Source: Gammaproteobacteria bacterium
GTDB taxonomy: Bacteria; Pseudomonadota; Gammaproteobacteria; UBA4575
NCBI GenBank assembly: GCA_965222615.1
Contig: CBDCUI010000007.1
Location: 480,001 to 544,000, forward strand
Length of the DNA: 64,000 bases
Direction: 5' to 3'
Shown: piece after piece, positions 41,014 to 54,298 of the stretch
Position numbering within the stretch: position 1 is the first letter of the stretch
How the letters are laid out: each line of letters begins with the position of its first letter
Notes under the pieces: generated by a model
What the model was told of the DNA's origin: nothing
The model's database searches: none
What the model saw: only the letters and a program-made list of their open reading frames with translations
Made by a program: the position numbers and the translations under genes

Positions 41014-41829
41014 TTACTTAAAATGCTTGTCATACGCAAATTTGTACAGCTCAATATCATATTGGCAGAGTCTCTCAATTTTTTTCAATTGCTGAGGCGT
41101 AGGACTAATGCCATCTCCTTTAGCAAGGTTGTAGTGATGTATTATTGGTTTTACACCAAATTGAGCTTTAAACTGTTTGCAAAATACGTCCAGTTTATCT
41201 ATAAATCCGATGACTGAAAACTTATCCATATTTTCCTTTGCACGTTTAAGTGCCTTTAAACAATTTTCTTCTGGTATTTCAGCAATACCTGAAAAATATC
41301 GTAAATTAACTTGAGCGTGGCGACGGGCTACATCGCTATCCAGATAACTGTCTAAATCAGACAAAATAAACTCTTCAAATCTTGCAGAACGATAATTTGA
41401 AATGACCCTAGTAACCGGGTCTCTTAGTATGGTTATAAATTTATATGGCTCGCCGAAAAAGTCATCCGCTTTCTTGCTGAATAGAAAATGGCCATAAATT
41501 AACGCCATCTCTTGAGCCATATATGTCATTAGCTGAACTTCACGTAATTTAAACAGTTCTGCACAACGTGGGCCATCCTCATGTATTGTTGTAATATCAT
41601 TTTTACCAGCAAATTCAACTCCAGCTGCCTTTCTTGTAGATATTGCATCTATTGCACCGATATGTTGGTTAAGCGGAACAATTGCTCTTAGTGCTTCGTG
41701 CACTGATGATCCTCCAGATTTAGGAATATGCATATAGCAGCAATAATGTTTTAATCGTTTCCCCAGCATCATTCTTGTTATACGTGGAACATATATTCTA
41801 AGTCTACGCAGAGTTTTACTGTTGGTCAT
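41014..41829 (-). CDS. Sulfotransferase family 2 protein
   Basis: MHIPKSGGSS and TILRDPVTRVISNY; ATG at 41829 preferred over the track start at 41892. Confidence 0.83.
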   Translation of the reverse strand: MTNSKTLRRLRIYVPRITRMMLGKRLKHYCCYMHIPKSGGSSVHEALRAIVPLNQHIGAIDAISTRKAAGVEFAGKNDITTIHEDGPRCAELFKLREVQLMTYMAQEMALIYGHFLFSKKADDFFGEPYKFITILRDPVTRVISNYRSARFEEFILSDLDSYLDSDVARRHAQVNLRYFSGIAEIPEENCLKALKRAKENMDKFSVIGFIDKLDVFCKQFKAQFGVKPIIHHYNLAKGDGISPTPQQLKKIERLCQYDIELYKFAYDKHFK

Positions 41830-42217
41830 GTTAATTACATCGTTATTGCTATAAATGTAAGTATTATTTTTAATCCGTTTACATACAAACAATTATTTTT
41901 TGAATGAGTTATATCAGATATTTATGTGGCTAATTTACAAATCAATATAGTTGCCAATTACAACAAGCTCATAGATATTCTTAGATTTAGTGTAAATTCG
42001 TATCAAATAAACTTGATGCGATGGTAAGAATGAAAGTAACAAACAAGATAACAATTTTGCTAGATATTTACGACTATATATCTACACACACTATATAAAT
42101 GGTGTTGCCCGGATATTACCTCTAGTCAAAATAACATAGTTAAATAACAAACTCTTTAGAAAATAAATGAATATATTAAGAATCGAGAGTTTTAATAACT
42201 CTTTTTATAAAATCAGA

Positions 42218-43627
42218 CTAATATGCGCTTTTGTTTACAAAGCCTTTGTAGAAAGTTTGTATTGCAATCATGACATCAAACAGTGGCGACCAGTTTTTAA
42301 CATAGTAAAGGTCATGTTCAATTCTTGCTTTTAGATCTGTGTCCCCTCTAAATCCATTCACTTGTGCCCAACCCGTTATGCCACCTTTCATCATATGCTT
42401 TTTCATGTAATCTGGAATTTGTGTTTTAAATTGCTCGATGAATTCAGGACGTTCTGGTCGTGGACCTATGATAGACATGTCACCCTTGAGTACGTTTATA
42501 AACTGAGGCAGTTCATCTAAACTAGTCTTTCTCAGAAATGCACCAAACTTGGTAGCGCGCTGCTCTCCAGGCTGCGCCCATTTAGGGCCGGTTTTTGACT
42601 CCACATCTACAGGCATAGAACGAAACTTCAGCATCGTAAATGGCTTGTTATTCCAGCTGATACGGATTTGTCGATAAAATATAGGCCCTGGCGAGCTTAA
42701 TTTAACCCCTAATGCTAACACCAGAAATAATGGACTGAAGATCATTAAAGCAATGCTAGCTATTATTTTGTCTTCGACATTTTTAACTGTTCGACCAACA
42801 ACTCCATCCATAGGACTGACATCGATATCGAGCAATGGAATGCTGCAAAAATCGGTAAGCGACTTTTCATTATTCTTGATCATATTCAAGTCAACCACAT
42901 AGCGAATACTGACTGTAGAATATTGCATAGATTCAATAACTTGTTTAGCCCTGTTCTCTGCATGCATGGGGTAAGTTATCCAGACTTGATCAATATTATA
43001 TTGAGCCGCAATCTCTTCGATCTGCTTTGCTGAACCGAGACGAGTTAGTTTGATATTTTTATCACTACGTCTCTGCTTTTCTCTGTCATCGACATAACCA
43101 ATAAGTTGAAGCCCAAGTTCTGGACGAGTCTTAATAATACGTAATATATCTCTTGCGGTCGTATGCGTTCCTACAAGTAATATATTTCTTTGGTTAAATC
43201 CAAGTGATCGAATGGATCTCAAAAAATTACGAGTAAAGATTCGTAGTAGAACCTGGAACACTATAGTTAAAGCTAACCAGAAAACTAACCATTTTAAGTT
43301 AGCGACAGAAGTTTCTAAACCAATTACGACTCCCATTACAGCCACACTAACCATCACATAAAGATCAATAATCACAATCAGTAATAACTCTGATCGAAGT
43401 CTGAGATCACGCCATGGCCGATAAAGATTAAATTTCTTTGCAATGATGCAAAAAACCAACAAGGCAATAATAATAAGACTTTTTACAAGCGTGTTTTGTG
43501 TGTAAGCATCATGCGTAGCAGTATAAGCAATTAGCCCAAATGCAATGACAAACAATAAATCAACAAACTTAAATAAAAAGAAGGCAAAGGACGAAAAAAT
43601 CCGGTAGTTTCTGTTATTTATTATCAT
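42218..43627 (-). CDS. wcaJ: Undecaprenyl-phosphate hexose-1-phosphate transferase, WcaJ type
   Basis: KFRSM, FLRKTSLDELPQ, GPRPERP, GITGWAQVNGFRGDT. Confidence 0.88.
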   Translation of the reverse strand: MIINNRNYRIFSSFAFFLFKFVDLLFVIAFGLIAYTATHDAYTQNTLVKSLIIIALLVFCIIAKKFNLYRPWRDLRLRSELLLIVIIDLYVMVSVAVMGVVIGLETSVANLKWLVFWLALTIVFQVLLRIFTRNFLRSIRSLGFNQRNILLVGTHTTARDILRIIKTRPELGLQLIGYVDDREKQRRSDKNIKLTRLGSAKQIEEIAAQYNIDQVWITYPMHAENRAKQVIESMQYSTVSIRYVVDLNMIKNNEKSLTDFCSIPLLDIDVSPMDGVVGRTVKNVEDKIIASIALMIFSPLFLVLALGVKLSSPGPIFYRQIRISWNNKPFTMLKFRSMPVDVESKTGPKWAQPGEQRATKFGAFLRKTSLDELPQFINVLKGDMSIIGPRPERPEFIEQFKTQIPDYMKKHMMKGGITGWAQVNGFRGDTDLKARIEHDLYYVKNWSPLFDVMIAIQTFYKGFVNKSAY

Positions 43628-43921
43628 GGCATAAGGCCTATATATAATTCTTGATTATATAAAGCGAGTCACAGAAATACTGAACCGCTTATTATTAGTT
43701 ATATCAACTATTTAGTATTATTAATAATGATGAATTGTAAACAATTAGATGTAATCTACAAATATAGATACATGGTATTTGTAAAAGCCAAGTTATACAA
43801 CCACAAAAATACCGTCTACATTGTACCTAAACTTTCAGTGAGTTACTGAGCATAGGCAGCAGAAAAATTACACTAAAGCTATAAAAGACCTGGTTGATAG
43901 CTCCATAATTTGCCATAGGCT

Positions 43922-44890
43922 TCAAGATGTGCGCATGACCGCAAATTCAGTCAACTCAATCAGGGCATCACGATACTGGCTATCGGACAATTGTTCTATT
44001 TGCTGCTTGGCAATTAAAGCATGCTGAGTAGCAATTTTTTCCGTGTAGTCAATAGCGCCGGTTGATTTAATTGCCGACAAAATTTCTTGTAAATGATCCC
44101 CCCCACCGTTGATTATGGCATCTTGGATTAATGCTGCAATTGAACCATTGCTGTGTTGATATGCATAGATGAGTGGTAATGTAGGTTTACCTTCAGTCAA
44201 ATCGTCACCAAGATTTTTACCCATTTCTTCAGCTGATGATTGGTAATCTAACACATCATCTTTAATTTGAAATGCAGTGCCAATATGCTTCCCATACGTC
44301 ACACAGGCATTTTCGATATCTGGCGATTGCTTAGCGATTAAAGCACCAAGCTGACACGAAGCTTCAAATAATTTTGCAGTTTTAGATTGAATGACATTCA
44401 TGTAGCGTTCTTCTGTGGTTTCAGGGTCATTACAATTTAACAACTGCATCACTTCACCTTCAGCAATTGTATTCGAAGCATGCGCAAGAATTTCCATTAC
44501 GCGCATCTCTCCCACATCAACCATCATTTCAAATGATCTTGAAAATACAAAATCTCCCACCAAAACTGTAGATTCATTGCCCCAGATCGAATTTGCGGTT
44601 TCACTACCACGACGCATACTAGAATCATCAACGACATCGTCATGCAATAATGTTGCAGTGTGAATGAACTCGATGATGGCCGCGAGTAAATGATGCTTGT
44701 TTCCTGTGTAGCCACAGGCCCTCGCACACAAAATTGCCAGCATCGGGCGTAAGCGCTTACCGCCGCTATTAATAATATAGTTAGCCATTTGGTTGATGAG
44801 TAGAACTTCAGAATGCAGGTATCGCCGAATTACCGCATTCACCCCTTGCATATCCTCAGCCACTAAATCTTGTACAGCTCGAAAATCCAT
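43922..44890 (-). CDS. ispB: Octaprenyl diphosphate synthase
   Basis: GGKRLRP, LLHDDVVD, FQIKDDVLDY; divergent from rplU. Confidence 0.95.
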   Translation of the reverse strand: MDFRAVQDLVAEDMQGVNAVIRRYLHSEVLLINQMANYIINSGGKRLRPMLAILCARACGYTGNKHHLLAAIIEFIHTATLLHDDVVDDSSMRRGSETANSIWGNESTVLVGDFVFSRSFEMMVDVGEMRVMEILAHASNTIAEGEVMQLLNCNDPETTEERYMNVIQSKTAKLFEASCQLGALIAKQSPDIENACVTYGKHIGTAFQIKDDVLDYQSSAEEMGKNLGDDLTEGKPTLPLIYAYQHSNGSIAALIQDAIINGGGDHLQEILSAIKSTGAIDYTEKIATQHALIAKQQIEQLSDSQYRDALIELTEFAVMRTS

Positions 44891-45033
44891 TCTTATTCGC
44901 TTTATATTATTTTAACCAATTTAAGCCTTTATTTTAGTGAGGTCATACAATTCAATAGCTGAACTCATTGACCCTAACACACCTGCTCGTTAGAATTGCG
45001 CCTCTTTTGCTTCCCATACTCTGGAGAATATAG

Positions 45034-45345
45034 GTGTACGCAATCATCGCCACCGGCGGCAAACAATACCGTGTCCAACAAGGGGACCACATTAAAATCG
45101 AGAAACTTGCTGGGGATCCTGGCGACAAAATCGAGTTTGATCAAGTCTTATTATTGGCAGACGGTGAAGAGGTAACTATTGGTACCCCTTATGTAGAAGG
45201 CAGCAAAGTCACGGCTGAAGTCGAAGAACAAGCGCGTGGTAAAAAGATTGAAATAATCAAATTTAAGCGCCGTAAACACCATATGAAGCGTTTGGGACAC
45301 AGGCAGTACTATACACAGGTAAAGATTACTGATATTTCTAAGTAA
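45034..45345 (+). CDS. rplU: 50S ribosomal protein L21
   Basis: MYAIIATGGKQY...GHRQ. Confidence 0.98.
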   Translation: MYAIIATGGKQYRVQQGDHIKIEKLAGDPGDKIEFDQVLLLADGEEVTIGTPYVEGSKVTAEVEEQARGKKIEIIKFKRRKHHMKRLGHRQYYTQVKITDISK

Positions 45346-45368
45346 TATGATTTTTATAAGGATCTGCA

Positions 45369-45629
45369 ATGGCACATAAAAAAGCTGGCGGTAGTACGCG
45401 TAACGGGCGAGATTCAGAATCCAAACGTCTAGGTGTTAAACGCTTTGGTGGTGAACAAGTCCGAGCTGGAAATATTATTGTTCGTCAACGAGGCACACAA
45501 GTTCACGCAGGCGAAAATGTCGGCTGCGGGAAAGACCATACCTTATTTGCTACAGCAGACGGGTGTGTTGTATTTGAAACAAAGGGACCAAAAAACAGAA
45601 AATACGTGCGTATCGAAACGATGCACTGA
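45369..45629 (+). CDS. rpmA: 50S ribosomal protein L27
   Basis: [16 protein letters not shown]. Confidence 0.98.
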   Translation: MAHKKAGGSTRNGRDSESKRLGVKRFGGEQVRAGNIIVRQRGTQVHAGENVGCGKDHTLFATADGCVVFETKGPKNRKYVRIETMH

Positions 45630-45654
45630 AGCTTTTGAATAATAATTTTATTAG

Positions 45655-45682
45655 AAGCCCCGCATCGTCGGGGCTTTTTTTT
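45655..45682 (+). terminator. Intrinsic terminator after rpmA
   Basis: aagccccg-catcgt-cggggctt followed by a T run. Confidence 0.88.
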
Positions 45683-45742
45683 GCGAGTTTTACTTACAAA
45701 ATTAAAGAGGTTCTAATTTATTATGAGATTAAGCAAATCAGT

Positions 45743-48015
<2,273 letters not shown>

Positions 48016-48036
48016 AAAATCTGTTCTAAACAATTC

Positions 48037-48173
48037 TTAAAGAAGCTCTGATTTATTAATGAAATGACTGAGGTTAGACAAAAAATGTTGAGAAAGCGGA
48101 GTGTATATGCCAATACATGAGTATTTCGAGACATTTTTTAACGACATCTCAGAATAAATCAGAGTTTCCTTAA
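48037..48173 (+). repeat. 137-bp palindromic intergenic element
   Basis: Terminal IR ttaaagaagctctgatttatt / aataaatcagagtttccttaa (19/21); nested internal stems. Confidence 0.88.
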
Positions 48174-48182
48174 ATCGTTAGG

Positions 48183-48443
48183 TTACATTGCCTTGATGCG
48201 TGCATTAAGCCGACTCTTATGACGAGCGGCCTTATTGGCATGAATGAGTTTTTTGTTAACGGCTGCATCAATCACCGGGACCGCCGATTTATACGCCGCT
48301 GCAGCCTCTTCTTTATTGCCAGCACTAATAGACTTCACCACTGCCTTAATTTTAGTGCGCAAATTTGAACGCTGGCTGGCATTCAGCTGACGATTTTTTA
48401 CAGCCTGTCGAGCCCGTTTTCTAGCTGATGCAATATTAGCCAA
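48183..48443 (-). CDS. rpsT: 30S ribosomal protein S20
   Basis: [13 protein letters not shown]...[12 protein letters not shown]. Confidence 0.97.
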   Translation of the reverse strand: MANIASARKRARQAVKNRQLNASQRSNLRTKIKAVVKSISAGNKEEAAAAYKSAVPVIDAAVNKKLIHANKAARHKSRLNARIKAM

Positions 48444-48557
48444 TGCGATGTCCTATTTTTCTCTTGTCAAAGTTCTAGCCATAGGGCCGCGTACTATGGT
48501 AGTAAGATACAAAAATGTCAACCTTCGCAACTATTATCTCACCTCACCTATATAGAT

Positions 48558-50120
48558 ATGGCCGAACATAAAGCCTTATTTAAATCTACGGCCGTAATCA
48601 GCGTAATGACCTTTATCTCAAGGATATTCGGCTATATCCGTGATGCCGTTATTTTTATTTTTTTAGGAGCTACGGGTAGTACGGATGCTTTTTTTGTGGC
48701 CTTTCGTATCCCCAATTTTCTACGTAGATTATTCGCCGAAGGCGCTTTTTCACAGGCATTTGTTCCGGTTTTGTCCGAATATAAGGAGAAGCGTTCTAGA
48801 CAAGAACTACAAACATTAATCAATCACGTCTCCGGCATGCTAGGTCTGCTGCTGGTTTTTCTAAGTATTTTGGGCGTAATTCTTGCACCTATACTTATAT
48901 ATGTATTTGCACCAGGGTTTGTCGATGAGCAAGATCGCTATGATTTAGCCACCCAGATGCTGCGTATCACATTCCCCTATATATTATTTATATCACTGAC
49001 TGCCTTATCTGGGAGTATTCTAAACACCTTTAATCGATTTGCAGTTCCGGCATTCACGCCCACTTTCCTGAATTTGTCATTGATTGCTGCAACCCTGTGG
49101 CTAGCTCCGAAATTTGAACAACCGGTTATCGCTTTAGCATGGGGGGTATTTATTGCAGGGATCATTCAATTGTTATTTCAAATTCCTTTTTTATATAAAT
49201 TGGGTGTGTTACCTAAGTTTTCTTTGCATGGCGCAAAAGAAGGGGTGAGAAAAATAATACGCTTAATGCTACCCGCGATATTTGGCTCTTCTGTTGTACA
49301 GATTAATCTACTAATTAATACATTGATCGCTTCATTCTTAGCCGTAGGTAGCATAAGCTGGCTATATATTTCTGATCGCTTTGTTGAACTACCGCTAGCA
49401 ATATTTGGGGTGGCCACCGCCACAATCATTTTGCCAAGGTTATCCAAACAATTCGTCAATCAATCAGAATCCGGTTTTAATAAAACACTTGATTGGGCAT
49501 TACGTATATCGATAGTAATTGCCATACCGGCTATGCTTGGGCTCATCATTTTGGCCAAACCTATTCTTACCTCTTTAATTCAGTATCGAGAATTTACAGC
49601 CACGGATACTACTATGGCTGCATTTAGTTTAATGACTTACGCGTTTGGGCTTCCTGCATTTATACTCATTAAAGTATTAGCTCCAGGGTTTTATTCACGC
49701 CAAGATACCAAAACACCGGTAAAGATTGGTGTGATAGCAATGTTCTGTAATATTGCATTGAATTTAATTTTCATTTGGGCGTGGATCCATTGGCAATGGA
49801 AGGGACCTCACGCGGCTTTGGCATTGGCGACATCTTTATCTGCTTACATCAATGCTACGCTCTTATTTAAAAAACTTAAAAATTCGACCTCCATCACCTT
49901 ACAAGCTGGCTGGCCAAAATATATGTCTCAAATACTAATTGCTACCGCTATCATGACAGCTGTATTGCTATTCGTGCTGCCAGTTTCTAGTCAATGGCTT
50001 GCATGGAACGGGTTGGAGCGCATCGGCGCACTTCTAGGCTTTATGCTACTAGGGGCAGTGCTGTATATTGGCGCGTTGATTATTTTAGGAGTTAGAAAAG
50101 ATAACTTTGTTCTCAAATAG
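48558..50120 (+). CDS. murJ: Lipid II flippase MurJ
   Basis: FRIPNFLRRLFAEGAFSQAFVP; conserved position after rpsT. Confidence 0.96.
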   Translation: MAEHKALFKSTAVISVMTFISRIFGYIRDAVIFIFLGATGSTDAFFVAFRIPNFLRRLFAEGAFSQAFVPVLSEYKEKRSRQELQTLINHVSGMLGLLLVFLSILGVILAPILIYVFAPGFVDEQDRYDLATQMLRITFPYILFISLTALSGSILNTFNRFAVPAFTPTFLNLSLIAATLWLAPKFEQPVIALAWGVFIAGIIQLLFQIPFLYKLGVLPKFSLHGAKEGVRKIIRLMLPAIFGSSVVQINLLINTLIASFLAVGSISWLYISDRFVELPLAIFGVATATIILPRLSKQFVNQSESGFNKTLDWALRISIVIAIPAMLGLIILAKPILTSLIQYREFTATDTTMAAFSLMTYAFGLPAFILIKVLAPGFYSRQDTKTPVKIGVIAMFCNIALNLIFIWAWIHWQWKGPHAALALATSLSAYINATLLFKKLKNSTSITLQAGWPKYMSQILIATAIMTAVLLFVLPVSSQWLAWNGLERIGALLGFMLLGAVLYIGALIILGVRKDNFVLK

Positions 50121-50122
50121 CC

Positions 50123-50257
50123 AATGAATTTCTGATTTATTCTGATATGTCGTTAAAATGATTTCTCAAAATACTCATGTATATATAAATACACTCCGTT
50201 TTTTCGAAATTATTTTGCCTAATCTCAGTCATTTCATTAATAAATCAGAACTTCATT
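50123..50257 (-). repeat. 135-bp palindromic intergenic element, inverted relative to the 48037 copy
   Basis: Terminal IR aatgaatttctgatttatt / aataaatcagaacttcatt (18/19); reverse complement aligns along the 48037 copy. Confidence 0.88.
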
Positions 50258-50276
50258 TAGTACTTTAAATGCTGAT

Positions 50277-51209
50277 ATGAAACTAATACGAGACATACAC
50301 CGTAAACCAGATGTTGCTCATAATGTGGTTGCAACGATTGGTAACTTCGATGGAGTCCACCTTGGTCATCAAGCGGTATTGGAAAAAATTCTAGATAAGA
50401 GCAAGTCCTTAAATTTACCTTCGATGTTAATCGCATTTGAACCTTCGGCAAAAGAATTTTTTCTTAGAGATAATGCACCAGCGCGTCTTACAAATTTTCG
50501 AGATAAATTTACGATCATCAAAGATCTTGGAATAGACCAGTTTGTATGCTTGCGTTTTAATCAAAATCTAGCAAACATAGCTGCCGAAGATTTTATTAAG
50601 GATATTTTGATCGAAAATTTATGTGTAAAATACTTGACAGTTGGCGATAATTTCCGCTTTGGAAAAGGTCGTAAAGGTGATTTTGCATTACTACAAAAGT
50701 CAGCAAATCGATTTGATTTTGAAGTCGAGAATACCGAAAGTTACCTTATAAATAACAAGCGCGTCAGTAGCTCATCTATACGAGATCATCTTGCAAATGG
50801 AAATCTAGCCGACGCCGAGAAATTACTTGGACGTAACTATAGTATGTCAGGCCGCGTGATTCATGGAGACAAAAAAGGCCGCACGATAGGCTTTCCAACT
50901 GCTAATATTCCACTAAAAAGGCGTATTTCACCCATTAATGGTGTATTTGCAGTAAAGATAAAAATTGAAAACAGCTTGGAAAAAATTGGTGTTGCAAATA
51001 TAGGACATCGCCCAACAGTTAATGGCACCCGCACCCAACTCGAAGTTAATATATTCGATTTTTCCCAAAATATATATGGCAAACACTTAACAGTTTATTT
51101 TTGCAAAAAGCTAAGACCTGAAAAGAAGTTTGCAAGCTTTGATGCATTAAAAAAACAAATACAAATCGATGCTGGTCACGCACAAGATTATTTTAAAGAT
51201 GCTGCATAG
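50277..51209 (+). CDS. ribF: Bifunctional riboflavin kinase / FAD synthetase
   Basis: GNFDGVHLGHQ, GRTIGFPTAN, NIGHRPT. Confidence 0.96.
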   Translation: MKLIRDIHRKPDVAHNVVATIGNFDGVHLGHQAVLEKILDKSKSLNLPSMLIAFEPSAKEFFLRDNAPARLTNFRDKFTIIKDLGIDQFVCLRFNQNLANIAAEDFIKDILIENLCVKYLTVGDNFRFGKGRKGDFALLQKSANRFDFEVENTESYLINNKRVSSSSIRDHLANGNLADAEKLLGRNYSMSGRVIHGDKKGRTIGFPTANIPLKRRISPINGVFAVKIKIENSLEKIGVANIGHRPTVNGTRTQLEVNIFDFSQNIYGKHLTVYFCKKLRPEKKFASFDALKKQIQIDAGHAQDYFKDAA

Positions 51210-51232
51210 TTTTTCGCTAGAGATAAATAAAC

Positions 51233-54091
51233 ATGAACGACTATAAAAGCACTTTAAATCTTCCAAAAACTTCTTTTCCAATGAAAGGCAACCTTGCACA
51301 ACGCGAACCAGTGATGTTAAAGCAATGGCAAGATAAAAATATCTATCAACAAATAAGAAAAGCACGCGAAGGTGCCCGAAAAGAGGGTAAGATATTTATT
51401 CTGCATGATGGTCCTCCTTATGCAAATGGTGACATTCATATTGGTCATGCGGTAAACAAAATCCTTAAAGACATCATTATCAAGAGCAAAACCCTTTCGG
51501 GTTTTGATGCGCCATATGTGCCTGGTTGGGATTGCCATGGCCTACCCATTGAACATCAAGTTGAGAAAAAGATTGGCAAGGCCGGCACTAAAAAGACACA
51601 CAAAGAATTTCGTAATGCTTGCAGAGAATTTGCCAACAAACAAATTGATAAACAGCGTAAAGATTTCATACGACTTGGAGTATTTGGTGAATGGGATGAA
51701 CCTTACCGCAGTATGGATTTCAAATTTGAAGCCGATATTGTTCGCGCCCTTGGCAAAATTTATGCAAAGGGACATATCGTTAGAGGATTTAAACCTGTTT
51801 ATTGGAGTGTCGTCGGCGCATCGGCATTGGCTGAAGCCGAAGTGGAATACCAGGATAAAACCTCTTTCGCAATTGATGTCAAGTTTAGTATTGGTGAAAA
51901 TGAAAGACAGAAACTGTTAAATTCATTTGACAACCATATTCTTAATAATCTTGACGAAATATCGATAGTGATTTGGACTACAACTCCTTGGACCCTACCA
52001 GCGAATCAAGCCGTATCACTACACCCAGAATTAGATTATGTTCTTATAGAAAGTAAAAAAAATAATAATTTTGAATGGCTGATTCTTGCAAACGACCTGC
52101 TCAAAACGTGTATGGATCGATACAATGTAGATAACTATACAATTCTAAGTAAATGCAAAGGTAGGGATCTAGAACACCTCAAACTACAGCATCCTTTCTA
52201 TGACAAGACTGTACCAATTATTCTTGGTGAACATGTAACCACTGAAACTGGTACTGGTGCAGTGCATACAGCTCCTGATCACGGTATAGAAGACTTTGTG
52301 ATCGGTAAAAAATATGGAATCGGCACATTAAATCTCGTAGATGATCATGGTGTGTTCAATGAGAAAACCGAACTATTTGCTGGCGAACATGTATATAAAG
52401 TTGATGAAAAAATTATTGATACTTTAGCAAGTAAAAATAAATTGCTACATCAAGAGAAATTTGAACATAGTTTCCCGCATTGTTGGCGCACTAAAACCCC
52501 TTTAATTTACCGCGCTACCCCTCAATGGTTCATCAGTATGCATGCCAATAACTTATTAGGAAACGTCAACCAACAAATAAATCAAGTGAAATGGATTCCT
52601 GATTGGGGCCAAGCCCGTATCAGCAGCATGCTTGCAAGTAGCCCGGACTGGTGTATCTCTCGCCAACGCACTTGGGGAGTTCCCATTACATTTTTTGTCG
52701 ATAAAAAAACCGAAACCCCCCATCCTAATACTACGGAGCTAATTGAAAAAGTTGCTGAAAAAATAGAACAACAAGGTATGGATGCCTGGTATGAGTCGGA
52801 TGCAACAGAGTTGCTGGGGAAAGACGCCGATAAATATAAAAAGGTTACCGATACGTTAGACGTGTGGTTTGATTCTGGTGTCACTCATTATGCCGTGGCC
52901 CAACAGAGATTAGGGATAAATTTAGAACAAAACCAACAGGTGGACTTATATCTTGAAGGTTCCGATCAACATCGCGGCTGGTTTCAGTCTTCATTGAAAA
53001 CTTCCGTAGCGATGTATGAGATTGCACCGTATAGAGAAGTACTCACCCACGGATTTACCGTTGATGCCGAAGGTAAAAAAATGTCTAAATCTTTAGGCAA
53101 TGTAGTGGCACCACAAAAGATTTGTAACTCACTTGGTGCTGATGTTCTACGTCTTTGGGTCGCTGCAACCGATTACAGTGGGGAGTTAAATGTATCAGAA
53201 GAAATTTTAAATCGAACTTCCGATGCTTACAGGCGTATACGCAATACAATCCGTTATTTGCTTTCAAACTTAGATGGATTTAACCCCACAAACGATGTAG
53301 TCGCAGCTAAGGAGATGATTGCTCTCGATTACTGGATTGTATGGAAGACTAAGCAACTTCAAAATCTCATATTGCAACACTATGAAAACTATCAGTTTCA
53401 TAAAATTTATACCCTTATCCATAATTTTTGCGTATTGGAGCTGGGCAGTGACTATTTAGATATCATTAAAGATCGACAATACACCACTCAAAAAAATAGT
53501 ACTGCACGCAAGTCTGCACAAACAGCGATGTTTCATATTGCCGAAGCATTGGTTCGTTGGATCGCTCCAATATTAAGTTTTACTGCAGAAGAAGCCTGGC
53601 AATATCTGCCCGGTGAACGAGGAGAAACGATCTTTACTCAATCTTGGTATAACTTGGACAATTTTAGTAATAATGGCGAAATCGACGCTGCAGACTGGAA
53701 TGGAATGCTTGAAACTAGAGAGAAAATCAGTAAAGAACTTGAAACACTACGCAACTCAAAAGAAATAGGCTCCTCACTTGATGCCGAGGTACAAATCTGG
53801 CAAGCGCCTAATTATTTAAATAAAGTGAAAAATGACGAGTTACGTTTTGTATTTATTACTTCATATGCCGATATTATTGATAACGGTGCGCCTCCTAATA
53901 CGGCAAAAAAATTCACTAACGCAGACGGTACTGAATACTTTGTTACAGTAATGAAATCCAAACATCAAAAATGTATTCGTTGTTGGCATCATCGCGAAGA
54001 TGTAGGCCAAGACAGCAAACATCCGGAATTATGTAGTCGTTGTGTAACAAATTTACCCGAGGGTTTAGGTGAAAAGCGTCTTTATGCATAA
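51233..54091 (+). CDS. ileS: Isoleucine--tRNA ligase
   Basis: [18 protein letters not shown]-terminal CxxC zinc finger. Confidence 0.98.
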   Translation: MNDYKSTLNLPKTSFPMKGNLAQREPVMLKQWQDKNIYQQIRKAREGARKEGKIFILHDGPPYANGDIHIGHAVNKILKDIIIKSKTLSGFDAPYVPGWDCHGLPIEHQVEKKIGKAGTKKTHKEFRNACREFANKQIDKQRKDFIRLGVFGEWDEPYRSMDFKFEADIVRALGKIYAKGHIVRGFKPVYWSVVGASALAEAEVEYQDKTSFAIDVKFSIGENERQKLLNSFDNHILNNLDEISIVIWTTTPWTLPANQAVSLHPELDYVLIESKKNNNFEWLILANDLLKTCMDRYNVDNYTILSKCKGRDLEHLKLQHPFYDKTVPIILGEHVTTETGTGAVHTAPDHGIEDFVIGKKYGIGTLNLVDDHGVFNEKTELFAGEHVYKVDEKIIDTLASKNKLLHQEKFEHSFPHCWRTKTPLIYRATPQWFISMHANNLLGNVNQQINQVKWIPDWGQARISSMLASSPDWCISRQRTWGVPITFFVDKKTETPHPNTTELIEKVAEKIEQQGMDAWYESDATELLGKDADKYKKVTDTLDVWFDSGVTHYAVAQQRLGINLEQNQQVDLYLEGSDQHRGWFQSSLKTSVAMYEIAPYREVLTHGFTVDAEGKKMSKSLGNVVAPQKICNSLGADVLRLWVAATDYSGELNVSEEILNRTSDAYRRIRNTIRYLLSNLDGFNPTNDVVAAKEMIALDYWIVWKTKQLQNLILQHYENYQFHKIYTLIHNFCVLELGSDYLDIIKDRQYTTQKNSTARKSAQTAMFHIAEALVRWIAPILSFTAEEAWQYLPGERGETIFTQSWYNLDNFSNNGEIDAADWNGMLETREKISKELETLRNSKEIGSSLDAEVQIWQAPNYLNKVKNDELRFVFITSYADIIDNGAPPNTAKKFTNADGTEYFVTVMKSKHQKCIRCWHHREDVGQDSKHPELCSRCVTNLPEGLGEKRLYA

Positions 54092-54127
54092 GCTTTTTTC
54101 AATAGACCCAATAACACTTTGTCCCAT

Positions 54128-54265
54128 GTCATCGCGAGAAGCGAAGCGACGTGGCGATCCATTAAAGACTAGTAATACTAAAGTATTCCATTACATCAAC
54201 CATGATGAAAAACTTATTCGTACTTCCTCGTGCTCTCTGGATTGCTTCACTACGTTCGCAATGAC
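54128..54265. repeat. REP-like bipartite palindromic element
   Basis: gtcatcgcgagaagcgaagcgacgtggcgatcca ... tggattgcttcactacgttcgcaatgac; both outer and inner arms are complementary. Confidence 0.75.
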
Positions 54266-54298
54266 GAATGGTGTGCCCATTTAAATAGGGTGAGAGAA

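Noticed and set aside
23606-43627. EPS locus as a tRNA-integrated genomic island
   Set aside because: It lies on the 5' side of the tRNA; no integrase or distal att repeat was seen
54069-54284. 71-aa ORF between ileS and lspA
   Set aside because: Translation of the REP-like element; overlaps ileS
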